NCBI GenBank assembly: GCA_951406725.2
Contig: OX597815.1
Coordinates: 204,290,001-204,354,000 of the forward strand
From: Octopus vulgaris
Taxonomy: Eukaryota
Length of the DNA stretch: 64,000 nucleotides
Reading direction: 5' to 3'
The position numbers and the translations under genes were made by a program. The notes below the pieces were generated by a model. That model saw only the letters and a program-made list of their open reading frames with translations. It did no database searches and had not been told where the DNA came from. Positions 1-13,219 of the stretch are shown here, in pieces; the stretch's first letter is position 1, and each line of letters begins with the position of its first letter.

Positions 1-12
1 TATATATATATA

Positions 13-388
13 GTGGTTGTGCGGTAAGAAGCCTGCTTCCCAACCACATGGTTCCGGGTTCAGTCCCACTGCATGGCACCTTGGGCAAGTGTATTTTACT
101 ATAGCCTTGTATAAGCTCGTTGTATATATATATATATATATATACATATATGTATCTATGTGTGCGTTTCTTTGTGTCTGTGTTTGTTCCCCCACCACCA
201 TCATCGCTTCACAACAGGTGTTGGTGTTTTTAAGTTCTCATAACTTAACGGTTCGGCAAAAATACCAATAGAATAAGTACTAGGCTGAAAAATAAGTCCT
301 GGAGTCGAATTGCTTAACAAAACATTCCAGGACGGTGCTCCAGCATGGTCGCAGTTAAATGACTGAATCAAGTAAAAGAATAAAAGAA
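13..388 (+). mobile_element. tRNA-derived SINE family A, degraded with internal deletion
   Basis: Head GTGGTTGTGCGGTAAG...GGTTCAGTCCC (A/B-box-like), internal TA/TG microsatellite, GTAAAAGA tail; matches 1119-1540 and 25077-25474. Confidence 0.85.
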
Positions 389-463
389 TATGCACGCACT
401 CATGCGTTTGTGAGTGCCTGTGTGTTTATGAATGTATACTCGACGAAATTCTGTAGAGTTTCC

Positions 464-1044
464 TATTTCTTTATTGCCCACAAGGAGCTAAACATAGAGG
501 GGACAAACAAGGACAGACAAAGGGTTTAAGTCGATTATATCGACCCCAGTGCGTAACTGGTACTTAGGTTTTTCAACCTCGAAAGGATGAAAGGTAAAGT
601 CGACCTCGGCGGAATTTGAATTCAGAACGTAACGGCAAACGAAATACCTATTTCTTTATTACCCACAAGGAGCTAAACACAGAGAGGACAGACAAAGAGA
701 TTAAGTCGATTACATCGACCCCAGTGCATAACTGGTACTTAATTTATCGACTCCGAAAGGATGAAAGGCAAAGCCGACCTCGGCGGAATTTGAACTCAGA
801 ACGTAGCGGCCGACAAAATACCTATTTCTTTATTACCCACAAGGGACTAAACATAGAAGGGACAAACATAGGTATTAAGTTGATTACATCGACCCCAGTG
901 CGTAACTGGTAGATATTTAATCGACCCCGGAAGGATGAAAAGCAAAGTCGATCTCGGCAAAATTTGAACTCAGAGCGTCACGGCAGACGAAATACCGCTG
1001 AGCATTTCACCCGGCGTGCTCACGATTCTGCCAGCTCGCCGCCT
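464..1044 (-). mobile_element. SINE family B trimer (one full plus two head-less monomers)
   Basis: Units 464-648, 649-822, 823-1044; central GCCTTTCATCCTTTCGGGGTCGAT-type domain; TSD TGTAGAGTTTCC at 452-463 and 1045-1056. Confidence 0.9.
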
Positions 1045-1118
1045 TGTAGAGTTTCCGTAGAGTTTCCATCTATTAATTTTCTTGTCAGGATTAAAGATAC
1101 TATCTTCAACTTACATGC

Positions 1119-1281
1119 GGAGTGGCTGTGTGGTAAGTAGCTTGCTTGCCAACCACATGGTTCTGGGTTCAGTCCTACTGCGTGGCACCTTGGGCAAGTG
1201 TCTTCTACTATAGCCTCGGGCCGACCAAAGCCTTGAGTGGATTTGGTAGACGGAAACTGAAAGAAGCCCGTCGTATATATG

Positions 1282-1312
<31 letters not shown>

Positions 1313-1540
1313 ATGAGTGTATGTTTGTGTGTCTGTGTTTGTCCCCCTAGCATTGCTTGACAACCGATGCTGGTATGTTTATGTCCCCGTCACTTAGCGG
1401 TTCGGCAAAAGAGACCGATAGAATAAGTACTGGGCTTACAAAGAATAAGTCTCGGGGTCGAGTTGCTCGACTAAAAGCGGTGCTCCAGCATGGCCGCAGT
1501 CAGCTGACTGAAACAAGTAAAAGAGTAAAAGAGAGAGAGA
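1119..1540 (+). mobile_element. SINE family A, near full length
   Basis: GGAGTGGCTGTGTGGTAAG head, GGTTCAGTCC B-box, GTAAAAGAGTAAAAGAG tail; many copies in window. Confidence 0.9.
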
Positions 1541-2687
1541 GTTACATGACTGTATATTGATGAAGTCTACTGTTTCATAGTTACAATTCACAGCTTAGAC
1601 ATTCTGACTGAAATTTGGTGGGATTGAAATGGCCAACGCACTGAGCTAACCACGCATATTTCATTCTATAATGATTCAATTTTCATCGATGTTATCACTA
1701 GTCATCAGATTTCCATAGAATGATCCATTCGGAACATTGGCATCCTATACAGAGATATCTGTGTTTCTCTTTTCCTTCGTACATTGAAAGTTATAGCTAA
1801 CTATTCGTTCTCAAAATTATCTTCGCCTGGGATACAGCATAGTACTGACAGCATGTACATTCAGTCTTGAATCTATTCAGCATATGAATATTGATTTGTA
1901 CAAATTTAAATCTATAACCAACTAGTCTGCGATGGTTTAGTATGTTGTAGGTTTGCTATTTCTTATTCAGACTAATAAAATTTATGTAATCCATTCTTAT
2001 GTTAAATCATTTATTTTATCTACATTGATTATCACTGAATCTCTATGATCCATTCGGACAACGCTTATCTCAGAAATATGCATGAGTTTAGAGAGAGAAA
2101 AATGTTATAAGGACAGATGTAGCTTTGCCCGTCGCTGAAATTAAGCACGGCAACGAATAGTTAATCAAACTTACATTAATGTCGCTTCTAATACCATAAG
2201 AATATACGGGTCTTGCAGCCCGTTTAAGGTGTAGCTGGGCATAAACAGAATGCTACACAGTTCACAATGTTGCGGACATATCACCTTTCAGCTAGTTGCC
2301 TCATACAGTATTAATTCCCTTAACTATGAATCCTTATATTAAAACTCTCCAAACTGGGAAAACGCTTTTGGGATACCTCAAAGAATGATTTTGTAGGATG
2401 GTATTTGAATGTATAAAACATGGTTTAAAAGTTAGAATGTATGGGAATGTGACTAGCTACGTTGAGATATTCTGCCTAGCAGTCTATTTTTTCTGCCAAT
2501 TCCTAATCTCACGAATACTTAATACGAAATTGTCCATTATTAAATGCAAGAGAGGTTTTCATTGTTTTTTCTTCTAAATTCCCCTCTTACTCTAGCTAAA
2601 TATTCTCTTTATGTTCATCAGCACCTCTGTATTTCTCTGGTGGGGGGGGTTTCACGATCATAAGCGCGCGCACTTGCTTTAAATCTC

Positions 2688-2750
2688 CCTCTCTCTCTAT
2701 GTGTGTGTGAATGAGTGTGTGTGTGTGTGTGTGTGTGTGTCAGTGTGTGT

Positions 2751-2806
<56 letters not shown>

Positions 2807-2845
2807 GCACGCGCACGTGTATATACATATATACACATACATACA
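2688..2845. repeat. (CT)n/(GT)n/(TACA)n compound microsatellite
   Basis: Read directly. Confidence 0.9.
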
Positions 2846-2849
2846 AATT

Positions 2850-3024
2850 ATTTTACTGGTTTCAGTCACTGGAATACGACCACACTGGAGGCCCCACCCC
2901 CTCCTTAAAGGGCTTAATTGACCAAATCTACACAATCACATATGCTGCATATCAGTCAGTTACTTATTCCGAACCACTAAGTTACAAAAATGTAAAGAAT
3001 TAAATGGTGACAAACACAAAGACA

Positions 3025-3030
<6 letters not shown>
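2850..3030 (-). mobile_element. SINE A-like 3' fragment, diverged
   Basis: TTTCAGTCA...CCGAACCACTAAGTTAC resembles the reverse complement of the family A body. Confidence 0.55.
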
Positions 3031-3061
<31 letters not shown>

Positions 3062-3154
3062 ACACACACACGCACACACACGCACACATACACACACATG
3101 CGTACATGCATACATACATACATATATACATACATACATACATGCATACATACA

Positions 3155-3780
3155 TGTTAGAAAAATGTTGTCGATGCAGAGTGCATCTGCGTCTGAGTGA
3201 TAATCCCGTGGACCCTACGTAGTTTTGGTGGCAGCCCGAGCATCTTATGACATAAATTATGTTTTCAGAAGCACAAGTAAAATTATATCTGATTTTGAAT
3301 TTTAGTCCCTCTTTGAAAAGGAATTCTGATCCTTCTAGAAGATTTGGGCATGTTGCGCAGTTTGGTCTACCACATTTTTTTACTTTTGCATCCGTAATTT
3401 CAGAAAACAATTTTGCCTTTATGAGAATCTTTTTAAGTGATTTAGGTTGTTTGTAGCTTTTAATTATTTTATGTATGTTTAGAATTTCCTTTAATTTGGG
3501 GTCCTTATGAAGTATTGGTAAATTCTGGGTGATGATGGTGAAGGCTTGTTTGTTTCTGGGGTTGTATGTGGATATGTAAGGCAGTACTTTCGGGGAAGGT
3601 GTGTTGTTGTGTTGAACTTTTCTCAAAGTTTCTATGTCGATTTCTGTTGCACGTCTGATCCAATCCTCTATGAGTTGAACTGGGTAGTGTCTGTCAATTA
3701 GGGTGTTCTTGAGTTCTTGTAGTCTAAAGTTCCTGGTATTTTGTTCTGACACTATTGTGCATATCCTTCTTGCAAGGTTG
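3155..3780 (-). mobile_element. Penelope-like element fragment: RT thumb, Cys linker and GIY-YIG endonuclease
   Basis: ORF 3000-3752: LPYISTYNP, KKCGRPNCATC, FTCASENIIYVIRCSGCHQNYVGST...RCTLH. Confidence 0.9.
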
Positions 3781-3930
3781 ACATTTTTCTAACATAACGA
3801 CTTAAATATATTTTTTAACCTTATAAAACAAGCCTTCTGTAATTTTTTCACTCTTTTCTATTTTTATACATCCAAGTACGTGCTTTCACACACCAACTTT
3901 CTCACCTATATATATATATATATATATATA

Positions 3931-4307
3931 TTGTTATATTTCGGGATGGGCGTTTTTTTTTCTTTTCTTTTTGCCAAATAAACATACACACGCACTATAT
4001 ATATTTTTCTTCACTCGTTTATTACTGTTCTTATTTTATTATTTTAGCCCATGGCCATTGTCCGGAAATCTTTCATCACACATCTGTGACCTCTTCAGCG
4101 ACTCAGATGTGTGACGAAAGATTTTCGGACAATGGGTAACGAGTTTAAATAATAAAATAAGAACAGTAATAAACGAGTGAGAAAAAAATATATAATGCGT
4201 ATGTTTATTTGGCAAAAAAAAGGAGAAAATGACCATCCCGAAACAAAACAACATTTGTTTCAACACACGATTTCACATCAGGAATCTTGCAAAACGAATT
4301 GATTAAC

Positions 4308-4310
<3 letters not shown>
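3931..4310. mobile_element. Fold-back/MITE-like element
   Basis: Arms ~3933-4050 and ~4133-4250 are reverse complements; central palindrome 4063-4128; related half-copy at ~53920-54115. Confidence 0.7.
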
Positions 4311-4372
<62 letters not shown>

Positions 4373-4385
4373 GACAGACAGACAA

Positions 4386-4462
<77 letters not shown>

Positions 4463-4490
4463 TATCTATGTATGCATGTGTGTATGTATA
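4308..4490. repeat. (TA)n(GA)n(GATA)n(GT)n compound microsatellite
   Basis: Read directly. Confidence 0.9.
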
Positions 4491-4660
4491 CAACATTTTT
4501 CTGCACAGAATTTTTGTCTCTGGCTACAGTTGGCCACGCCGTGGTCCTGAACCCGATACCACGGGATTTGGAAATGAACTTAACAACACAACCATGCCCG
4601 TGCCTATAATATGTGTGTGAGTGTGTCTGTATGTATGCATATGTGTGTGTTTATGCATGT

Positions 4661-4714
<54 letters not shown>

Positions 4715-7344
4715 ATTTATTTTATTGTCTATTTTTCTTCATCCCCCCTTTGAAAACTTTACTCGGATAGGCTCCGTATCATTTATCTGCCTCAGTAATA
4801 TGTTGCGTAGTCAAGGAAAGGCCCACCCTAACCGCCCTAAAGTAGGCGGGAATGCAACACCCGGATATGATAGGTAATGAAGTAACATTTTGGTTCTAAC
4901 CGATTTGCAATGAACGGATAACTAATATCGATAACATTTGTTGATCTGCAGTGCACTCTCTTTGAATGTTTTGTCTCTCAAAAACTTTACCCCATACACA
5001 TTATTCAATTGCACCCGTTGATCGTCTTATCTCCCTCTCTACAACCCTGCACCTTATAAGTACAGCCTTTTCCCACGCTAGTGAACTCCCTTTGAAAATT
5101 GTTATGTACATGTTCCATAAAACAACAGCAACAACATCGTGAAGTTTAAAAAAAGTACTTAAAGGAGCTTAATGAAATCATTGGTTTGCACCAAAATAAT
5201 ATAACCTGACAGCATCAGTCCACTTTCTCGCATCGAAAGTACACAGTTCATGCTCGTTGAAATGACTGATAAGCAAATAAAATTTGTAGTACTGGCTGAA
5301 CGTGCCGCATTAATCCATAATCACACGCAGTATCTTGTGATTTTCTAGTCATAAATTGAATTATTGGGTATTTTAATAATGATTTTTCTTGCGCATTAGC
5401 AAACTATATTTTCGGTACTTTTATAATTGCTATAGTACAATATCTCTTAAATAATGAAAGCAAGATTCTCGAGCTTTTATTTAAAGGTCTGACGTTCGTA
5501 TCTTATCATTGGTTTTTTCATTGAATTCTTGTAGCGTAATCTATCTAGTTGGAAATTAGATACAATATAAAACTAACTCTTACTGCTTTAAGTTACTAAA
5601 GCAGTTTTTTAATTGCTCATTTGGACAGGGTTTTGCAGTTTGATGAAAACTAGAAATGCGATTGGGCCTACATAGAGGACAGTCACTTAAAAATTATCAA
5701 AAACCAATTAGGTAAAATAGGTAGCAAAAACTAATAAAGAAAATATTTAGAACTAAGTTTCTCCTTTTACAAATGGCTTAATCGTGTCTACAGCGTTGAA
5801 ATGACTTCTTTTCTGAAAATCTGTAAGAAGTGGGTTCCAGGTGGATCGAGTCTGCAGAGTTTCAAGTTTCACTCGATATCCTTTGCCTTACAATACGCTT
5901 CTAATCATTTCTCATTTTACAAAAAGTAGACAAACTTCCTCAGAATAAAACATACTTAACAAAATTTGTTTCTTATTTTATCAGTAATGGATGGATGTTG
6001 TTCTTATTGAGACTGGATCGGTTATTTTTCCCACCGGTCCGAGATTTGAAACGGAAAAAGTATGTGCAATGGAATAGTCACTATAAACTTTTAGTATTGA
6101 TTATCATTTTATCGTCAGTCGACAGGCCATGAATGCAAAATGTTTCCAGTTGACAGTTTAACACTCCACCCGGTTTAATACCACCACTTGGCCTTTGGGT
6201 GACTTAACATTTCACTCCATTGAAAGCAATTTGATAACGACTAGACTCTACATTAAGGTTGGCTCTGTCACCTAGAGGGCTGCAATAAATTCTACCTTCA
6301 GCTGGTCCATAGTGACGTATTCTCATCCTACCGTTTCATTGTAGGATGAGCAGAAATGCGAAAATGCAGAAATGCTAAACCTTGTATTTAAGAATCTCGA
6401 TAAATAAAATGCCTATCGACAGGGTTGACTGGCAGCATTGTTGCAGCGTCGGAGCGTACACTTTCCTATATTTATTCCTGATTTGTGTTTTCTAAATTCA
6501 AAATACACTTCAGGTGGCCGTTATCTCACAATTATAGTGAAGTAACCGCTTCAGAGTGGATTACTAAAAACCAAAAAGGCACCAAATTCAGTGGCTTACT
6601 AGTTAAAGTCATCTGTTTTACAAAATGAACAAAACTCAAGAGAAAAAATATATTAGTGTATGTGAAAGCGATTTTGCAAAAAGATATGCCAAGCACCAGT
6701 TTCCTTTCCGATATGTAGACGAGTATAAAACTACTAAATTAGCCATACCTGAAACCTGAAAGTCAACAATACCCCACACACCATGAAACAGAGCATCGTA
6801 CAACGATCCATCGCATATATTCATGTGTCAAAGAGCTAGAGGTTTGCATAGATGAAAGAAATCAACCATTTTAAGCCTAAGAATTCCACCGACCTACTCG
6901 ATTCTTGAACAAAAATTTTCACTAAATGCAAGCATCTGGATAAGTTTTTATTATCGAACTAGAGAATATCCCACTCTTTGGATTAAGCACGCAATCTCAC
7001 AAATGTTAACCTTTCCCCCATCGAATAAATCAGACACACCATTCTTGATTCCCTTTCAAATGGACCCAAGAGACACAACACTTATCGCCCTAACCTCTAT
7101 GCTTTCATTCCCGTTCCCTTTTTTTCTCGTTATTTTTCGCTTTTTGTTTTATTTTGAGTTTAATGATTACTCGATATTACTCGGCAGGCTATAAAAGCTA
7201 TCCCGACTAATGTTCCGGTCGAAAGCATGACACTAATTGTAGCTCGCATTTGAATTTTATGTACATTAATAATTTATCTTTCGCGCCAGTTGGAGTACTT
7301 TTTTTACTGATTGGAATAATAATTATTTCAAAGTTTTCAAATTT

Positions 7345-7638
7345 TTGCCAAAAAAGTCGACTTCTGTGGAATTAGAACTCAGAACGTAGTGGCAAACGAA
7401 ATACCTATTTCTTTACTACCCACAAGGGGCTAAATACAGAGAGGTCAAACAAGGACAGACAAACGGATTAAGTCGATTATATCGACCCCAGTGCGTAACT
7501 GGTACTTATTTAATCGACCCCGAAAGGATGAAAGGCAAAGTCGACCTCGGTGGAATTTGAACTTGGGACGTAACAGCAGACGAAATACCGCTAAGCATTT
7601 CGCTCGGCGTGCTAACGTTTCTGCCAGCATGCCGCCTT
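7345..7638 (-). mobile_element. SINE family B, full monomer plus partial head-less monomer
   Basis: Same GAAATACCTATTTC junction (~7399-7412) as in 464-1044. Confidence 0.85.
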
Positions 7639-7789
7639 GATAATAGTAAGAAGATTCTGCCAGCTTACTGTCTTGCTGGTTCGACTATTAATGGAAAAAT
7701 GCATTGGACAGACAGACAGACAAACAGATCAGGTGGTGCTATTAAGTTAGACATGGCCTGGGCCTATACAGGCCGAAATCTATCAAGAC

Positions 7790-8445
7790 CTTATGGTTCG
7801 CTCCCCGCTTCTCCCTAAACGTCCGGACATGCGAAAGTAAGATTTTTCTTAGGTTGGTTGATAAGCATTTCATGCGCTCACACATATATAGAAAGATTTT
7901 TAACAGACTCAATTTAAGGATCTCTTTCAGTTGTGCACCCAATGTTAAAAAAAAAAATTACTTTGCATTCCTAAACCACGGACAGAAGGAGATTGTTCAT
8001 GCAGGATTAGAAATGAATGCCCAGTGGACGGCCGATGTAAAACCGAGGCTACAGTGCACCAAGTAACGGTAGACTCAAACAGAAGCAGTACAAATATCAA
8101 TAACATCAACAGAGACACACACTAAAATTTATGTCGGATCTTGTGAATCCAAATTGAAAATTCGCCTGAACAACCACAGATCTTCTTTCAGGGTCCCGGA
8201 GAGACACAATACAACATCACTCACAGCATACCTATGGCACCTAAAGGACGATCATACGCCCTTTAACATCAGGTGGAAATTATTGGAAACTTGTGGACCC
8301 TATCGCAATGGAACAAGACTGTGTAAATTGTGTATGGCAGAAAGATATATTATCCTCATGAACTCACATGAACCAGGAAGTTACCTGAACAGCAGGTCAG
8401 AAGCCGTGGCGGTGGGGGCTGTCCACATTTTCGGACATTTTTACT
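7790..8445 (+). mobile_element. Penelope-like element fragment (C-terminal region and GIY-YIG), frameshifted
   Basis: FLRLVDKHF...KIFNRLNLRISFSCAPN; TKIYVGSCE..KIRLNNHRSSF...CKLCMAERYII...LNSRSE. Confidence 0.85.
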
Positions 8446-8499
8446 TTAAAATTGGAAAACATAGCTATGAAGCGAAGGAAGACAACTCGCCCGGCCACT

Positions 8500-9680
8500 G
8501 ACGCACTTGCCCTTACTTCTGCAACACCACCCTCCTTAAAGGCACCTATCATCGACCCTATCATATCACTGACTCCTTCACCTGCACTTCTAGCAACGTC
8601 ATCTGCTGCATCTCCTGCTCTCTCTCTGTCCTTCTCTATACATCGGTCAAATGGGGCACCTCTTGGCTGGCCGGTTTGCGGAACACCTCCGAGACATCCA
8701 ACTCGGCAACGACACCCCGCTCTCGCACCATTTCCGCTCTACCGGTCACTCTTTACAACACCTCTCTGTGTTCGGATTGTCCTTGCACAGGGGCCATCCG
8801 GACTCCCGTCTTCGCCGTGAGCAGTGATTAATCTCTCTTCGCTCCTTTGTGCCACATTGGCTCAACTCTCCTCCCCTCTATATCTAACCCTCCTCCACTC
8901 TCCTCTCTTCCTCTCGCACCTACTTCCTCCCACCCACCTGTCCTGTCTTGCTCTGACACCTACTTCCTCTCTTCACTCCTACCCAGATTCTCTCTTGCAC
9001 CCTCTCCCTTTATCGTCATACCCTCCCTCGTTACTCTACTCCTACACAATCCAACCCCACCATCCCTATATATCCCATCCCACTCCCACCCCTCACTTAA
9101 ACCCCACCCTTTCTTCCCCCACTTTCGCCTACCCACACCCCATCACCACTCCACACCACACCACTCTACACACCACCACACCACACACCACCACACCACA
9201 CCACACACCACTACACCACACCACTGCACCAGACACCACCACACCACCATACCACACCCCACCACATCACACCACCCCGCGCACATTGGTACTGACCACT
9301 TCCCAGCACCTACACCATCATCCACACACATACACATGCACACACGCACACGTCAATGTCACCAGCCGCCTTCCAAACGCACATAAAGGCTCTCACATGC
9401 ACGCGCACCCTCGTTTTGGGATCACCACTACTTTATTATCTCCCATTCCTAGCTCTTCTCTGCGACTCTTCTATCCGGCATTTGCCATGATAGATCGCTA
9501 GCCACTATACCTTTTTCTCTTTTCTCTCCCTATTTATTTCTGCGTTCTTTTCTGTCGAAGAGCGTAGGCTCGAAACGTAAAAGACTTTCTCACTTCCCGA
9601 GGGTTAAACTAATACATCAGTTTGCTGTTTACACACCCGTCTTCGTCTTTTGTATATTTGGAAATTCTCACTATACATAT
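8500..9680 (+). mobile_element. Second PLE fragment: GIY-YIG domain followed by 3' pseudo-LTR
   Basis: 8568-8700 translates (one frameshift) to DSFTCTSSNVICCISCS.CPSLYIGQMG...RFAEHLRDI; CACCA-rich spacer; terminus with hammerhead-like motif at 9546-9585. Confidence 0.8.
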
Positions 9681-9856
9681 ATATATATTTATATACAGAC
9701 ACACTCGCACCCATTTGCGCGTGCGCGCACACACACACACATATATATTGCTAGTTTGTAAATATATTACCACTCTCACTTTCTGTCTCTGTCTGTCTCT
9801 CTCTCTTTCTCATATCCTAGCTATGTATATATATATACGTATACATATATATATAT

Positions 9857-11163
9857 GTGACCAGATAGCTACTACTGCCTTTCGCATCAAGTAGTTGGCT
9901 TGACCACACGTATGTGTTTGTGCTCCGTTTGCCTTCAGGCATTTTTACCACAGCCAGCCCTATACTCAACTCGTCCTGTCGAAAGACGCTTGTCCTGACG
10001 TCCTGGTTTTGTTATGATTGTTTTTACGTTATTTTGTATTTTTATCCGTGCTTTCTTTATTGTTTTTACGTATTTTTGAATTTTTTTTTTTCGAGTAACA
10101 TCGTCCGTTTTTCCGTCACCGTGTTGTATACTTTCGAGGTTTTCTTCCAAGGAATCTAATGCGATTGGCTTAGATTTCCCTTGGTTGGCTGCCCAGATTG
10201 GAGCAATCTCAAGATTAATCAGCCGAAATTGCGAAGATGATCTGGTTCTTGACTGATGACTGAGAGCTTCGAAAGTCCCGTCTGTGTATTTTTTTGCTGT
10301 CTTCAAAATGTTTCACGTTCTTGTCCCAGTTTGTGTTATTTTAACGTTTACCTATATACATGGCGGCTACGTACCCTACCCTTTAACCCTATACTGTAAG
10401 TATATTACTCTCTAACATTGGTACGACTCGACTACTCTGTCTCTTTTCCCCCCTCTCCTACTTTTCTCTGCCTTCACCCTTTTCACTCCCCTTGTTCTGT
10501 CTCTTTCCCTCTTTTTCTTCTCCTCCCTTGTTCCCCTTCTTTCTTTCTCTCTTCCTCCGTCCCTCCTCTCCCACATTTCTCTGCCTCTCAGACCTTATAC
10601 CCCACTTGACCTGTCCCTTTCCCTCTCCTGCTTCTCTCTTCATCTGTCCCTTCCTCCTTTTTGTGCTCACGTGACCAGCTAGCTACTACTGCCTTTCGCA
10701 TCAAGTAGTTGGCTTGACCACACGTATGTGTTTGTGCTCCGTTTGCCTTCAGGCATTTTTACCACAGCCAGCCCTATACTCAACTCGTCCTGTCGAAAGA
10801 CGCTTGTCCTGACGTCCTGGTTTTGTTATGATTGTTTTTACGTTATTTTGTAATTTTATCCGTGCTTTCTTTATTGTTTTTACGTATTTTTGAATTTTTT
10901 TTTTCGAGTAACATTGTCCGTTTTTCTGTCACCGTGTTGTATACTTTCGAGGTTTTCTTCCAAGGAATCTAATGCGATTGGCTTAGATTTCCCTTGGTTG
11001 GCTGCCCAGATTGGAGCAATCTCAAGATTAATCAGCCGAAATTGCGAAGATGATCTGGTTCTTGACTGATGACTGAGAGCTTCGTATGTCCCGTCTGTGT
11101 ATTTTTTTGCCGTCTTCAAAATGTTTCACGTTCTTGTCCCAGTTTGTGTTATTTTAACGTTTA

Positions 11164-11168
<5 letters not shown>
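9857..11168 (+). mobile_element. ORF-less partial tandem repeat, PLE pseudo-LTR-like
   Basis: 9857-10358 is nearly identical to 10671-11168 (period 814 bp); flanked by (TA)n. Confidence 0.7.
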
Positions 11169-11209
<41 letters not shown>

Positions 11210-11326
11210 AATCAAGGAACGGCCATAATAGGCCATTCACCCACTAGAAATAACAGCCAAAGCTTCAACCGCAAAATAACATTAATTCCGTAAACCAGGA
11301 GAAAATTAAAAAACATTTACCCTGTA

Positions 11327-11433
11327 ATTTCTTATACGATGCACCGTTTCATCTACTGTTTAATGGTAAACTAACCTGATTAAATTAAATCAAGCCAATC
11401 TTCCATAGGCCCTTAGATTCCTCAGTAAGAAAT
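11327..11433 (-). ncRNA. Type I hammerhead ribozyme (array unit 1)
   Basis: Reverse complement of 13113-13219 with intact core. Confidence 0.85.
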
Positions 11434-11816
11434 AGCCAGAACGGAACAGATATTTTCACGAGGCATTTCTGTCCCTGCCTCGGCAATATCTGACCTAAAA
11501 TTTTCAAATCATCGCACTCGCGCCAAATTTATCGGCAGCAAATAAATATAAGCCGCCGATTCTATTACGGAATCAACCAGAAAATTCATAATTAATGAAT
11601 ATAGGGTGGCAAAAAAAAATTTTGTAGAATTTTTTTGCCACCAGCGGCCTAGTGGGAAAAAATTAAATAGTCATAGTCCATTTATAAGTTCAACATCACA
11701 ATCAAGGAACGGCCATAATAGGCCATTCACCCACTAGAAATAACAGCAAAAGCTTCAACCGCAAAATAACATTAATTCCGTAAACCAGGAGAAAATTAAA
11801 AAACATTTACCCTGTA

Positions 11817-11923
11817 ATTTCTTATACGATGCACCGTTTCATCTACTGTTTAATGGTAAACTAACCTGATTAAATTAAATCAAGCCAATCTTCCATAGGC
11901 CCTTAGATTCCTCAGTAAGAAAT
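11817..11923 (-). ncRNA. Type I hammerhead ribozyme (array unit 2)
   Basis: Reverse complement of 13113-13219 with intact core. Confidence 0.85.
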
Positions 11924-12305
11924 AGCCAGAACGGAACAGATATTTTCACGAGGCATTTCTGTCCCTGCCTCGGCAATATCTGACCTAAAATTTTCAAATC
12001 ATCGCACTCGCGCCAAATTTATCGGCAGCAAATAAATATAAGCCGCCGATTCTATTACGGAATCAACCAGAAAATTCATAATTAATCAATATAGGGTGGC
12101 AAAAAAAAATTTTGTAGAATTTTTTGCCACCAGCGGCCTAGTGGGAAAAAATTAAATAGTCATAGACCATTTATAAGTTCAACATCACAATCAAGGAACG
12201 GCCATAATAGGCCATTCACCCACTAGAAATAACAGCCAAAGCTTCAACCGCAAAATAACATTAATTCCGTAAACCAGGAGAAAATTAAAAAACATTTACC
12301 CTGTA

Positions 12306-12412
12306 ATTTCTTATACGATGCACCGTTTCATCTACTGTTTAATGGTAAACTAACCTGATTAAATTAAATCAAGCCAATCTTCCATAGGCCCTTAGATTCC
12401 TCAGTAAGAAAT
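12306..12412 (-). ncRNA. Type I hammerhead ribozyme (array unit 3)
   Basis: Reverse complement of 13113-13219 with intact core. Confidence 0.85.
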
Positions 12413-13112
12413 AGCCAGAACGGAACAGATATTTTCACGAGGCATTTCTGTCCCTGCCTCGGCAATATCTGACCTAAAATTTTCAAATCATCGCACTCGC
12501 GCCAAATTTATCGGCAGCAAATAAATATAAGCCGCCGATTCCATTACGGAATCAACCAGAAAATTCATAATTAATCAATATAGGGTGGCAAAAAAAATTT
12601 TGTAGAATTTTTTTGCCACCAGCGGCCTAGTGGGAAAAAATTAAATAGTCATAGACCATTTATAAGTTCAACATCACAATCAAGGAACGGCCATAATAGG
12701 CCATTCACCCACTAGAAATTTACCCTGTAATTTCTTATACGATGCACCGTTTCATCTACTGTTTAATGGTAAACTAACCTGATTAAATTAAATCAAGCCA
12801 ATCTTCCATAGGTGAATGGCCTATTATGGCCGTTCCTTGATTGTGATGTTGAACTTATAAATGGTCTATGACTATTTAATTTTTTCCCACTAGGCCGCTG
12901 GTGGCAAAAAAATTCTACAAAATTTTTTTTTTTTTGCCACCCTATATTGATTAATTATGAATTTTCTGGTTGATTCCGTAATGGAATCGGCGGCTTATAT
13001 TTATTTGCTGCCGATAAATTTGGCGCGAGTGCGATGATTTGAAAATTTTAGGTCAGATATTGCCGAGGCAGGGACAGAAATGCCTCGTGAAAATATCTGT
13101 TCCGTTCTGGCT

Positions 13113-13219
13113 ATTTCTTACTGAGGAATCTAAGGGCCTATGGAAGATTGGCTTGATTTAATTTAATCAGGTTAGTTTACCATTAAACAGTAGATGAAAC
13201 GGTGCATCGTATAAGAAAT
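13113..13219 (+). ncRNA. Type I hammerhead ribozyme (inverted unit)
   Basis: Stem I ATTTCTTA/TAAGAAAT; CTGAGGA 13121-13127; stem II ATCTA/TAGAT with long loop; GAAA 13196-13199; near-palindromic stem III ACGGTGCATCGT; GUA site, predicted cut after 13211. Confidence 0.88.

Noticed and set aside
6264-6284. CTCF-like motif TCACCTAGAGGGCTG
   Set aside because: Imperfect single match, expected by chance in 64 kb
8824-9501. 225-aa Pro/His/Thr-rich ORF
   Set aside because: Low-complexity CACCA/CT-rich spacer of a PLE terminus
10250-10285. CTGATGA...GAAA in the 9857-11168 repeat as a hammerhead
   Set aside because: Stems I and III cannot be paired convincingly, and the second copy has GTAT in place of GAAA
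11205-12810. CRISPR array or ordinary satellite
   Set aside because: Units are ~489 bp with no unique spacers, the context is eukaryotic, and the ribozyme explains the repeat better
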